The notes under the pieces: generated by a model | Databases searched by the model: none | What the model saw: the letters and a program-made list of their open reading frames with translations, nothing else | What the model was told of the DNA's origin: nothing | DNA from: Macrostomum lignano | Taxonomy: Eukaryota | Direction of reading: 5' to 3' | DNA: 64,000 nucleotides | Assembly (NCBI GenBank): GCA_002269645.1 | Contig: NIVC01000061.1 | Coordinates: forward strand, 496,001 to 560,000 | Translations under genes and position numbers: made by a program | In this document: positions 25,509-38,493 of the stretch, one piece after another | Position numbering within the stretch: position 1 is the first letter of the stretch | Layout of the letters: each line of letters starts with the position of its first letter

Positions 25509-26258
25509 ATATTACATATGTAACATATCCTAATATTTTCTTTTGTAACCAATGGCCATTATCATGCCATGGATAGCAATAAGCAAAGATTGGCCCTTCT
25601 CTCTTAGAAATATAAGTAGGCATATCAAAGGAAAAGGCTAGCCATATTTAAGATTTATGTCATTTGTCCTAGAAATTTCTGGTATACACTTGGCCAACCA
25701 TTTTTTTGAACAATTGTAATTATATACCTAAATTTTAGTAGTATGCATTATATAATACATATACATTTTTTAAAGCTAGAAAATGAAAAGGCTATGCTAA
25801 AGGCAGCCAAACCACTATACTTTGTACTAGGGATTGATTGTTATTATGGTCATAATCACAAAAACAGTGATCACAAGGAAAAAATCATATATGGTCTTTT
25901 GCTAATCATAATTTGTGATTTTCATGAATTACTTTTTTAAGTCATTGTATAATATACTATAAAGTACTGATAACAATAATTAACCTTTCTAAGCATTAGA
26001 GTTAGTAAATACAACTATAATAAGCAAAATAAGTATAAAAAAGCTAGTGTTCCAACATAAGGAGGGTCTATGTATCGTAGCCATAGCCATAAGTAAAACT
26101 ATGGCTTATTCCAATTCTCCGTATTCCATAGCCATAGGGACCCAATATTACCATAGTTCCATAGTTCCCATAGCCATAGCCGTATTTTTAACAAAAGTCT
26201 AGAAAACAAAATATTTTAAATCAAGAAGATAACCTAGTGCTTAAACAACTAAAAATAA

Positions 26259-26946
26259 CGCTTCCGGACATTTGCCCTCCGGCACTTCCCCTCCGGCACT
26301 TGCCCTCCGGCACTTCCCCTCGGCGGCGTTTGCCCTCCGGACATTTGCCCTCGGGACATTTGCCCTCCGGACATTTGCCCTCCGGACATTTCCCCTCGGG
26401 GACATTTGCCCTTGGGGACATTTGCCCTCTGGACATTTGCCCTCCGGACATTTGCCCTCGGGGACATTTGCCCTCCGGACATTTCCCCTCGGGGACATTT
26501 GCCCTTGGGGACATTTGCCCTCCGGACATTTGCCCTCCGGACATTTCCCCTCCGCACATTTGCCCTCTGCAAATTTACCCCCTCGCACATTACTCACCTC
26601 ACCTCCTCCTGTACCCACCCGTCGTTCCTCCAGCACCAACCTCATCCTCCCGCCTCTTGCATCCATCAGGTTCTTCTCCAGCCAACAACTCATCCTTTTC
26701 TAGTAAGCAATATATACCCGCGCCCTACCCTATCCCCAGCCTTACCTGTACTTTTCCAGAGGGGAAATGTCCGGAGGGCAAATGTCCCCGAGGGCAAATG
26801 TCCCCGAGGGCAAATGTCCGGAGGGCAAATGTCCAGAGGGCAAATGTCCCCGAGGGCAAATGTCCTCGAGGGCAAATGTCCGGAGGGGAAATGCCGGAGG
26901 GCAAATGTCCGGAGGGCAAATGCCGGAGGGCAAATGTCCGGTAGCC
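26259..26946. mobile_element. Foldback/MULE-like non-autonomous element with tandem-repeat arms
   Basis: Arms of a 15-bp unit (cggacatttgccctc) in inverted orientation (about 26262-26570 and 26760-26941). 9-bp TSD taaaaataa at 26250-26258 and 26947-26955. Confidence 0.85.
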
Positions 26947-28756
26947 TAAAAATAAAGTTAGAAAATCAAAGAGACACTCAATTGCTTTTGCAAGATTATA
27001 TTTCATCTTTTTTTTTATAAAGCAACAATACTTGATTGCTACTAAAAGTACTAATGCTGAACTTTTTCACATTAATAAAAATTAGAGTTTGCCAATGTTT
27101 TTTATTATTATACTTTATTAGGTATATTTTATAAGTTTTTAAGTCAATAATATAGTTTATTAAATTATCCATGTTTTACTCTACCTTTTCTAATATTTTT
27201 TTCAATTTTTAAAAATTAATAACTTTGGCTACAGGAATCTATGGAATGTGAAAGCAACTATCATATTTCTGTAGTCATAGCCATAAGAGCAGCTAGCTAC
27301 CATAGGCATATCTATAGCTGCCAAAGGCACCTATTTTACCATATTTGCTATAAGATCCCATAGCCATAGCTATGGCTATAGTGGAATACTACAAATAGTC
27401 AAATTGCAATGCATAGGCATTTTGGTATATAGCACCCAGCGCTGATCAGCCTGGCATAGCATGGCAGGGCAAAGCAGCAGCCCTATTGGAAAAAGTTTCA
27501 AAAACCCGCAGACTTGCAACACGGGTGCTAAAATTGTTAGCTAAAATTGCTAGCTAAAATTGCTAAAACCCTTAAAAGTGCGACATGACACCAAATTTTG
27601 TTGACTAGGGGGGGCAATGCGGTGACGCAACACCAATGTCTGTTGACCAAATGACGGGGGATACAAAATCAGGGCATCAAGCATTCACTTAAATTGACAA
27701 TTCCCGTTTTGCCGTTCACTCCCAAGACTAAGACCATGGGGCAAGGGACAAGAGTATTCCTTTCAATTTTGCAGAAGAAATAATAAAATTAAAAAACAAG
27801 AAAAAGTAAAACAACAATGGTACAGCAGTTAAAAAAACAGTGCCTACATTGTAACTAACAAGTAACATTTCTAAAAATTATATTTGAAGTATTAGTTACT
27901 TTACCATCAAAATAAAAAAACCAATTCAAGAACTAGTTATTATCAAACATGTTTGAAACATTTAAATACCGAGAAACAGCTGTGAACAGATTACAATGAA
28001 ACGCAGTTTGCAAGGTTTTGGCTGCAGATCCAGGCCACAATGTGACACATGATGACACCAGGTTGCCACAGTGTTGTGCAGCCGCAACGCGACACAACGC
28101 TAGATGGCACTATTGCGCAACTCGACACACCATTTGATACCACTGTTGTGCAACATGACACCAGGAGAATCTGAAAATGTGATGAATGGTCGTCTGCATT
28201 TTGTCAACTTATTCCAATAGGGAGCAGCAGGAGGTATGGCATGGTGTTACAAAGTAGGGGGAGGCAACGGGAGGCTGAATAGTGTGAAGCAGTCCCCCCA
28301 TCTATCATGTCACTGTGGTGCAGTTAGGGTAGGCATCCACACACCGATGTCATGCATTGCAATAGGATCAGAAAAGTGGTGTATGAATTTGGTTGATTTC
28401 CTTTATTACATTGACTAAAGTAGGAAGCAATGTGAAAAGCAAACCAAAATTCCAATTAATCAGTGCAGATATAACAAAGCCACATAATAAAATACAGTCA
28501 AACAATAAACATGATAAAACAGAGACTTAATTTTAATAAAAATTACTAGACTTGATAATATTAATATTAATAGTTCTATGTTTAAATTAAAATGTATGTA
28601 ATAAAAATTTCATGGTCACAGACAGTTTCATGCACAGTCTAGTTCCAATCATGCATGAAAAAAATCATGGTCAGTCAATCCCTAGTTCGTACAAGCTTAA
28701 GAAATTTTAGTTATAAAAAATTTTGTATTTTATAATTTTTGATAAAAAAATGTACA

Positions 28757-28910
28757 TCCTATATACTAAAAAAGAAAATCTTGCTTGCTTGCTTGCTTGT
28801 AATCGATTAGAGAAAAAATGGCTGGACCGATTTTGTTCGAACTTGCACTGTTCGATCAGAAATTTTCCCGTGACTGTACATGCATCGTGGCTAAGAAATT
28901 GCTCGATGCT
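28757..28910 (+). mobile_element. Non-autonomous Helitron-like 5' end (second family)
   Basis: A|TCCTATATACTAAAAAAG start, a (tgct)n microsatellite and ggctggaccgattttg, typical of small Helitron 5' ends. Confidence 0.5.
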
Positions 28911-29374
28911 AAAGGCATTAAATATTCGAAAAACATGCTTTTTTGCAAAGGTCAAGCAAAGTTTTCGACTTGAAATGCATTGTAAGAATGCTAGAGAAAA
29001 AACTGACTGGTTGAATTCTGATTCTGAAATAGATTGCATCATAACTGAATTGTAACTCCGACTTGAATTGAAAATGCAGTGTGGAAGCGTAGCACCAGAC
29101 TTGATTTAAATTGCGTAACCATATTGTAAACTGATACTGACTGACTGAGAAACTGATTATGTCATAACTGCTTCGTGTGATTTGCTCGATGCTTGGATTT
29201 TAAAGTGTTGAATTATATAAGTGCAAAATTTCATGTTATCAAAACGATGAGAGCTAGCCTAGAGGTAAACAGACTGAACTACTAAATGCAGCGACGATGG
29301 TTCGAATTTTCATAGAGTATAATTTTTTTAATTAAAGCTTTTCAACGTCAGGAAAACTAAAAGACTTTTTAAAA

Positions 29375-31500
29375 AGAAGCGTCATGTGAAAATCATAGAA
29401 GCGTCATTTAAAAAATCATAGAAGCGTCATGTAAACAATCATAGAAGCGTCATGTAAACAATCATAGAAGCGTCATGTAAACAATCATAGAAGCGTCATG
29501 TAAAAAATCATAGAAGCGTCATGTAAACAATCATAGAAGCATCATGTAAACAATCATAGAAGCGTCATGTAAACAATCATAGAAGCGTAATTTAAAAAAT
29601 CATAGAAGCGTCATTTAAAAATCATAGAAGCGTAATTTAAAAAATCATAGAAGCGTCATGTAAACAATCATAGAAGCGTCATATAAAAATCATAGAAGCG
29701 TCATGTAAACAATCATAGAAGCGTCATGTAAAAAATCATAGAAGCGTCATGTAAACAATCATAGAAGCGTCATGTAAACAATCATAGAAGCGTCATGTAA
29801 AAAATCGTAGAAGCGTCATATAAAAATCATAGAAGCATCATTTAAAAAATCATAGAAGCGTCATGTAAAAAAATCGTAGAAGCGTCATATAAAAATCATA
29901 GAAGCGTCATTTAAAAAATCATAGAAGCGTCATGTAAAAAATTATAGAAGCGTCATGTGAACAATCATAAAAGCGTCATGTAAACAATCATAGAAGCGTC
30001 ATATAAACAATCATAGAAGCGTCATGTAAACAATCATAGAAGCGTCATTTAAAAGATCATAGAAGCGTCATGTAAACAATCATAGAAGCGTAATTTAAAA
30101 AATCATAGAAGCGTCATGTAAACAATCATAGAAGCGTAATTTAAAAAATCATAGAAGCGTCATGTAAACAATCATAGAAGCGTCATGTAAACAATCATAG
30201 AAGCGTCATTTAAAAAATCATAGAAGCGTCATTTAAAAATCATAGAAGCGTAATTTAAAAAATCATAGAAGCGTCATGTAAACAATCATAGAAGCGTCAT
30301 GTAAACAATCATAGAAGCGTCATGTAAACAATCATAGAAGCGTCATTTAAAAAATCACAGAAGCGTCATGTAAACAATCATAGAAGCGTCATTTAAAAAT
30401 CATAGAAGTGTCATTTAAAAATCATAGAAGCGTAATTTAAAAAATCATAGAAGCGTCATGTAAACAATCATAGAAGCGTCATGTAAAAATCGTAGAAGCG
30501 TCATATAAAAATCATAAAAGCGTTATTTAAAAAAATCATAGAAGCATCATGTAAACAATCATAGAAGCGTCATGTAAACATTCATAGAAGCGTCATGTAA
30601 ACAATCATAGAAGCGTCATGTAAACAATCATAGAAGCGTCATGTAAACAATCACAGAAGTGTCATGTAAACAATCATAGAAGCGTCATTTAAAAATCATA
30701 GAAGCGTCATTTAAAAATCATAGAAGCGTCATTTAAAAAATCATAGAAGCGTCATGTAAACAATCATAGAAGCGTCATTTAAAAATCATAGAAGCGTCAT
30801 TTAAAAATCAAAGAAGCGTAATTTAAAAAATCATAGAAGCGTCATGTAAACAATCATAGAAGCGTCATATAAAAATCATAGAAGCGTCATGTAAACAATC
30901 ATAGAAGCGTCATGTAAAAAATCATAGAAGCGTCATGTAAACAATCATAGAAGCGTCATGTAAAAAATCGTAAAAGCGTCATATAAAAATCATAGAAGCG
31001 TCATTTAAAAAATCATAGAAGCGTCATGTAAAAAATTATAGAAGCGTCATGTAAACAATCATAAAAGCGTCATGTAAACAATCATAAAAGCGTCATGTAA
31101 ACAATCATAGAAGCGTCATGTAAACAATCATAGAAGCGTCATTTAAAAAATCACAGAAGCGTCATGTAAAAATCATAGAAGCGTAATTTAAAAAATCATA
31201 GAAGCGTCATGTAAACAATCATAGAAGCGTCATGTAAAAATCGTAGAAGCGTCATATAAAAATCATAGAAGCGTTATTTAAAAAAATCATAGAAGCGTCA
31301 TGTAAACAATCATAGAAGCGTCATGTAAACAATCATAGAAGCGTCATGTAAACAATCATAGAAGCGTCATGTAAAAAATCGTAGAAGCGTCATGTAAAAA
31401 ATCATAGAAGCGTCATGTAAAAAATCATAGAAGCGTCATGTAAAAATCATAGAAGGGTCAAGAAAAAATCATAGAAGCCTCATTTATAAACTAATGAAAG
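29375..31500. repeat. ~23-bp satellite (atcatagaagcgtcatgtaaaca), about 2.1 kb
   Basis: Direct tandem units with variant types. Confidence 0.97.
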
Positions 31501-32420
31501 TGTCATTTAAAAAATTAAGAAGCATCATGGTAGAATAAAAGAAGCGTCATGTCAGACATGAAGGGTGTCATGTAAAAGTTAAATGCAGCTATAATGCTGT
31601 GCTGGGGAGAAAAACTGAGACGTAAAGGCTCTCAGAGAATATGAGACGTAAAGGCTCTCAGAGAATAACTGAGATTATGGGGGGGGGTTTCTGAGATGTC
31701 AAAGCAAAAGTCAGAAGCTACTTCAAAGTTCATGTACTTTACTCAATTTTTTTATTGCATTCTTTGTTGGCTCGCCACGGGGGGGGCGCTGATAGAAGAA
31801 GAGTCATGTAAAAAATAAAAGTAGCACTATGTATACATAAAAGAAAAGTCATGTCGAAGTTAAAAGATTCATTTGGGAATTGCTACGATGTCAAAGCTTG
31901 GTGGAAATCGTTATAGTGCTGTGATTCTTAAAGAAGGAATCACTAAAATGTCAAGGCTTAGGGGAGAAGAATTGCTGAGATTTCAAGGCTTTAGGTTGGG
32001 TTAAAGTTAGGTTTAGGTCAGGTTTGGGTTGAGGGTTATATTTTATCGGGTTTCAAGGTTAACAGGGGATTTTTTAGTTTTCAAGGTTTATGGGGGCCAT
32101 TGCTGACATGTCAAGGCTTACGGGGGGAATAGCTGAGATGTCAAGGCTCACGGGGGTATAAATGAGATTTCAAGGCTAAAGTCAGAAGCTACATGTAGTT
32201 TATTGAAAACTTATTGTAACTTTTTATTACATTATTTGATGCCTCCTCAGGGGAGGGATCGCTGATAATAAAAATGCGTAATGTAAAAAATAAAAGCTTC
32301 ATGTCAAAGTTAAGAGATTCATTTGGGAATCCCTACGATGTCGAGGCTTGTAGGGAATCGCTATAATCCTGTAGTAGTGCTATTATGACTCTTAGAGAGA
32401 ATTACTGAAATTTCAATGCT

Positions 32421-32482
32421 TTAGGGTTAGGTTAGGGTTATGGTTAGGGTTAGGGTTAGGGTTAGGCTAGGGTTAGGGTTAG
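32421..32482 (+). repeat. Interstitial (TTAGGG)n-like tract
   Basis: About 10 imperfect TTAGGG units. A more degenerate copy lies at about 31990-32030. Confidence 0.8.
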
Positions 32483-33498
32483 AAGGTTGACAGATATTTT
32501 TAGATTTCCAAGGCTTATTGGGGGGCATTGCTGAGATGTCAAGGGGGGAAGTTAATATGTTAAAGCTTGTGGGGGGGGGGAATTACTGACATGTCAATGC
32601 TTACAAGGTTTGACAGGAGATTTTTTAAGATTTCAAGGATACATGTAGCTTATTAAAAAAACATGTATTGCATTTCTTTGGCTCCCCAACGGGGGGCGTA
32701 GATTGCTAGTTGTGCTTCTAAAGTTGTATGTCAATTGTTGATTTTTTATTTTTTAGGTTAGGGGATATATTGGCCCAAATTAAGTTCAAAATTGCAATGC
32801 TTCCCCTTATATGTAAGTCCAACCATAGCAAAATAGGGAGATAGCTGCCTCCTACCCCTCTAGATCCACCATTGTTTTAAGTATATAATTTAATTACATA
32901 AAGGATTACAGCTTTGTGAAAAAACATTTTGTATTTTATGTCTATGCTAGAGTAAGGGAAAGGCTAGTAGATTGTTTACTTACCAAGAGTATAACCCTGC
33001 GCACTAACTTGTGTCTGGTGTACTTGGCATATAAACAAAATATTTTTGGATAACTTCTAGCACAAACAACATGATCCTAACTATAGGAGGCCCAGAAAGT
33101 CATAGCCGCCTACTTTTAAAGTAGGAGGGGGAGGGCATTAATGGTACCTTGGTTTTTACCCCTGACTTTTATTTTTTAAGAGATATAGACTAAAAATATA
33201 GTTTAAATTGGGTCAGATTCAAGATCCAAGGTCCATCACATTAGCAATTAATTGATTATAACAAATGAATTTTTTTTAAAAATGAAATGCCTATAGTATA
33301 ATTCATACCTTGGCTGTAATAGGGCCTATTTACATGACATGCTATTGGAAGAATGTTTAGACTTATGTTGGTATAAGTAGGGTAAAATAGTCTGCAAAAA
33401 ACAGATTCTATTACTATTTTTGACGTAAGGTAGCACACTTTAGCAGGCAGAGAAATACTAAAGTTAAAATCAACATAGATTATAATAAATTCTTTCTT

Positions 33499-33535
33499 CC
33501 GACGTGTTTTGGTCCAACAATGACCATCTTCAGGG
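33499..33535 (-). ncRNA. Penelope-type minimal hammerhead ribozyme motif, probably inactive (G12A)
   Basis: Minus strand CTGAAGA-T-GGTC-attgttg-GACC-AAAAC-ac-GTC. The canonical GAAAC reads AAAAC and stem I is weak. Confidence 0.45.
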
Positions 33536-33739
33536 TCTGGTGTATTTTTAACTCACACAACAACTTTATAAGTGAACAAATGTTAACTGTACAGTCCAAA
33601 GGGCATGTCAAATGTTAAGTGTTGAATGATTCAAAAATGTTGAATCAAGGAAAATTTCTGCCCATGACATGCCCTTTGGACTGTACAGTTAACATTTGTT
33701 CACTTATAAAGTTGTTGTGTGAGTTAAGAATACACCAGA
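33536..33739. repeat. 75-bp near-perfect inverted repeat
   Basis: Arms at 33536-33610 and 33665-33739 with one mismatch and a 54-nt spacer. Confidence 0.93.
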
Positions 33740-34017
33740 ACTATAGGATTAAAGATTGCAATTAAAAAGTAGGCCTATGGCTAAATCATATTATTAACTA
33801 TTTTCTTTTACAAGTTTGACTTAGTATAACTGTTACAAGTATAACCAAGTTTTACAATTGTACATTACAAAATTGTAAGTATTTAATTATATTTTGTATA
33901 TATAAATTTATTATTATAACTATTATACTGGTAGATTCATAAAGTTTTTTGCAATTAAAACAGAGGTTACTAAGTAGCAAATCTTTTAATTTCCTATTGT
34001 ACTTTTATTTCAGAAGT

Positions 34018-37000
34018 ATGTCTGAAGATTCAAGCTTCGATGTAGAAGAGCTGCTTGAAGCTCCTTATAAAAAGCACTCAAAGGTAAGCTGAAATGAATT
34101 ATGCTATGCTATTTATAATGTTTTAGGTAATGTGTACTCAGTAGTAGAAATAATTTCTGTTTCATTGTGTGCTTTTTAGCCTGCAGCGCGTTCCAAACAG
34201 AAGGACAGCACACCAGATAATCAGCGGTCACCAGAAGCCAAGTAAGTCAGTAATTACTCCCAATGACCCGGTTACTCCTGATGTCAGCTTGTTTAATGTA
34301 GAATTTGTTACTTTTTTTAATATCTAAATATTTCTATTAGTCAGATTGCAGGAATTTCTAAAGCATACTTCTAAGCTAACTGCATGTTTCTTACTGTAAA
34401 GCAAATAACTTTCTTCATATTCGAAACTAAATTGGGGGCTCCCAAATGCGCCTAAATAAAAAACTTAGGTTGCTGAAGCAGGCGCCTGTTGCTGTCTGTC
34501 TGTCTGGACCTGCAGTTCCAGTCATGGAAGGTATGTGTCACGTTCTAGGGGAGGAGCTGACGTGCTTAGGTTAGAAAGTCAAAGATTTTGACAAGTAAGC
34601 TTATGAAAAGGCTAGTGACAAATCCTCTCGATATCCTACTCTCAAGTAGCGAGTTGAGAATTAAAAATAGGCCGTTCTTTATTGCCGGTCAAAACTGGCA
34701 GTCGGTTGATTTTGATCGGCAGAATTAGGCCATTAACTGACACCCGAGCAGGGAGCTGAGCAGCTGCTACCATGCCAACAAACCACTGCAATCAAAATCA
34801 ACAACCCCGCAGGCCTGACGCCAGTTGATTGACAGGTGTGAAGGCTCGAGATGATTTTACGCTGGCTCCTACTCCGGCAGCTCGTCAATTCTTGCACCCC
34901 AGTTTTTATTCCTCGTCTGTACTGTACAGATTAATTGCTTAATTGGCTTTTCAGATCTTACCGGGGCGATGAGTCGAGTAGTTGAGTGACTTACTCAGCA
35001 TTCTCAAGTAACTAATTGCCTTTTCTAAGGTATTGAATTCAGACCAGAGAATTGAATTGGTTGGTTGCGCTGATTGTTGCCAAGTTTGCAAATATCCTCT
35101 TTCTAGGGCTTCGAGATTGGGCAGTGAGTTGGATAACGCTGTGTGGTCTCTCGCTCTCCAGCCTCGCGGTTGCTTTGCTTCATCATCATCGTCTTAAAAT
35201 TATTTGCCTAATAAGACAAAAAAAACTTGTGCTGAAAGTTATTGACTTGACAAATTCGCAACCTTGCAGGAGGCGCTCTGTATGTCTCTCTGCCTCTGCC
35301 GCTGCGGACGCAGCTTTCATTAAGAAGGGATCAGTTGCCACGGTAACAAATGAGCGAAGACCCCGGACATAGGCTTTTGCATTGTATTGTCGGGTGTTTT
35401 CACTCGCCCGACTGTCCAGCCATTCACCAGTTATCAATGGCGACCTCTCTCAGTCTCTGTTTCCCCACTTTTGTTTCTCCCTTCCCCGTCTAGACGGAAG
35501 GCCAGCGACGACGCCGATGAGGCCGCCTCGATTCCGCCGGTGAACAAAGACTCGCCGAAGCCGGAGGACAGCGGATCGAAATCCCGCGACCGAGATCGGG
35601 ATCGGGACCGGGATCGTCATCGGGACCGCGATCGAGATCGGGATCGAAGTCGCGAACGAAAATCAAACCGGGATCGAGACCGGGACAAGGAGAGGGACCG
35701 GGATCGGGACCGGGACAAGGAGAGGGATCGGGACCGGGACCACCGGAGAGGACGAGATCGCGATCGGGACCGACGCAGAGACGACGATCGGGATCGGGAT
35801 CGGGACCGTGACCGAGATCGGGATCGGGATCGTCGTCACCGCCGCCGCTCGTCCCGCTCGAGGTCCCGCTCGCCCGCTGACGAGCTGCAGCGCGGCAAAG
35901 GCGGCGTGCTGTTCTGGCAGTCGGACAAAAACCGCATCGCCAAGGGCCAGACGCCAGAGCTCAGCCCAGAGGACCGGGACGCTCGGACAGTCTTCGTCTG
36001 GCAGATGTCGCCGAGAATTCGGCCGCGCGATCTGGACGACTTTTTCTCTAGCGTTGGCAAAATTCGCGACGTCCGATTGATCATGGACAACAGGACTCGC
36101 CGGTCCAAGGGCATCGCGTATGTCGAGTTCCAGGATGTGGACTCCGTGCAGCTGGCCATCGGGCTGACGGGTGAGCCTGGGACAATTTCTGTGCTCACTG
36201 GGGGAGGGGGCGGTAGCTCATCCATAGTTGATTTATACGTGTACTGTAACCTGAATTCGAATAATTCCACTTATAATTTGTGGAAATTCACCTCAGCACT
36301 TATAGATTTTAACCTCTGTTTTATGGATTCTCACCTCTGTTTGATGGATTCTCACCTCTGTTTGATGGATTCTCACCTCTGTTTGATGGATTCTCATCTC
36401 TGTTTGATGGATTCTCACCTCTGTTTGATGGATTCTCACCTCTGTTTGATGGATTCTCACCTCTGTTTGATGGATTCTCACCTCTGTTTGATGGATTCTC
36501 ATCTCTGTTTGATGGATTCTCACCTCTGTTTGATGGATTCTCATCTCTGTTTGATGGATTCTCACCTCTGTTTGATGGATTCTCACCTCTGTTTGATGGA
36601 TTCTCACCTCTGTTTGATGGATTCTCACCTCTGTTTGATAAATTCTCACCTCTGATAAATTCTCACCTCTGTTTGATGGATTCTCATCTCTGTTTGATGG
36701 ATGGCCTCTAATTGATGGATTCTTACGTATAATTGATGGATTCTTACCTATAATTGATGGATTCTTACCTCTAGTTGATGGATTCTCACCTCTAATTGAT
36801 GGATTCTGGCCTCTAATTGATGGATTCTCACCTCTATTTGATGGATTCTCACCTATAATTGATGGACTCTCACCTCTAGCTCTAATTAGTAGATTCTCAT
36901 GTCAATGTCGATGGATTCCCACTTCTAGTTGGTAAAATCTATAATTACAATTAAAGACTTTATCGTGCAGAGTACCGCCACCATCCCGTCCAGGTACTAA

Positions 37001-38493
37001 ACTACTGGGCGTTCCAATCCAAGTGCAAAGCGCTCAGGCCGAAAAGAATCGGGCCAGCTCGCAGACCACCCCGGCCGCCGGCAATTCCGGCACCCCTGGC
37101 AACCCCGGCAGCGGCCCGGTGAAGCTCTACGTCGGCTCGTTGAACCCCAGCATCACTGACGAGATGCTTCGCGGCATCCTGGAGCCTTTCGGCCCATTGG
37201 AGGAGCTCAAGCTGGTGAAGGACTCGGCCACGGGCCTGTCAGCTGGCTACGGGTTTGTCACCTACCGCAACGGCGAGGACGCCAATAATGCGCTGGACCA
37301 GCTGAACGGCTTCGACTTGGCTGGCCGACCAATGAAGGTTGGAGTGCTGCTTGTGAACTTGTTCTAGTGTATGGGTTTCCACCTTTGATCGATGGGTTTC
37401 TACCTTTGATTGATGGGTTTCCAGCTTTAATTGATGGGTTTCCAGCTTTGATTGATGGGTTTCCACCTCTGATTGATGGGTTTCCAGCTTTGATTGATGG
37501 GTTTCCAGCTTTGATTGTTGGGTTTCCAGCTTTGATTGATGGGTTTCCAGCTTTGATTGATGGGTTTCCAGCTTTGATTGTTGGTTTTCCACCTCTGATT
37601 GTTGGTTTTCCACCTCTGATTGATGGATTTCCACCTCTGATTGATGGGTTTCCAGCTTTGATTGATGGATTTCCACCTCTGATTGATGGATTTCCACCTC
37701 TGATTGATGGGCTTCCATCACCTATCTCACCTTTGATTGATTAATTGACGAGATCTCTAGAATCGTGATTCTTATGTTCGATGGCTACTCATTTTGTTAA
37801 AGCTTCATAATTAGCTGACAAATTCTTTAACTAAATTTTAATGCTCCAATGCACCGCCGGCCACAGGTGAGCCACCTGCTGGACAAGGCCACCCTGAAGG
37901 CCAACGCCAGCGGCGGCGGCTCCAGCACGGAGATTTCGGACGAGCTGGACCGAGCCGGCATCAGCCTAGGCAGCAGCGACCGACTCATGCTCATGGCCCG
38001 CCTGGCCGAGGGCACCGGCCTGGCCATTCCGGAGCCCGCACAGCAGGCCCTTCGCGCGGCCAAGGAGCTCCAGCAGCGCGGCGGAGTCGCCGGGGCGGCT
38101 TCGGCCGGATCGGCAGCTGGCGGAGCGGCCCGCAGCGGCGCCGCCGCCACGCCGTGCTTCGTGCTGTCGAACATGTTCAGCCTGGAGCCGGGCCTCAGCC
38201 TGGAAGAGATCCGCGAGGACGTGGTGAACGAGTGCAAGAAGCTCGGCGCCGTGGTGGACCACTGCTCGGTGAACCCGGTGTCCCGGGAGGGCCTGGTGTA
38301 CGTAAAGTGCCGCACCGCCCCGGACGCGCAGAACTGCGTCCGCGCGATGAACGGCCGCACATTCGGCGGGCGGACCATCGCGGCCTCGTCGATGCCGCTG
38401 CCGTCTTATCACAAGATGTTCCCGGAGGCCGCCAGGGTGTCCACCATCATCCAGCAGATGGAGAGCATGGCCAATCAGAGAGCGTACAAGTGA
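34018..38493 (+). CDS. RBM39: RNA-binding protein 39 (Caper): RS/RD domain, 2 RRMs, linker, UHM; about 591 aa
   Basis: Exons 34018-34083 (DVEELLEAPYKK), 34180-34241, 35494-36170 (RDARTVF..RRSKGIAYVEF), 36994-37337 (LGVPIQVQSAQAEKNR..KLYVGSL) and 37867-38493 (RLMLMARLAEGTG..CFVLSNMF..GRTFGGR) join in phase (1776 nt). Confidence 0.95.
36310..36900. repeat. 21-bp intronic minisatellite (ctctgtttgatggattctcac)
   Basis: RBM39 intron 3. Degenerates toward the 3' end. Confidence 0.93.
37370..37740. repeat. 21-bp intronic minisatellite (tttgattgatgggtttccagc / ctctgattgatggatttccac)
   Basis: RBM39 intron 4. Confidence 0.93.
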
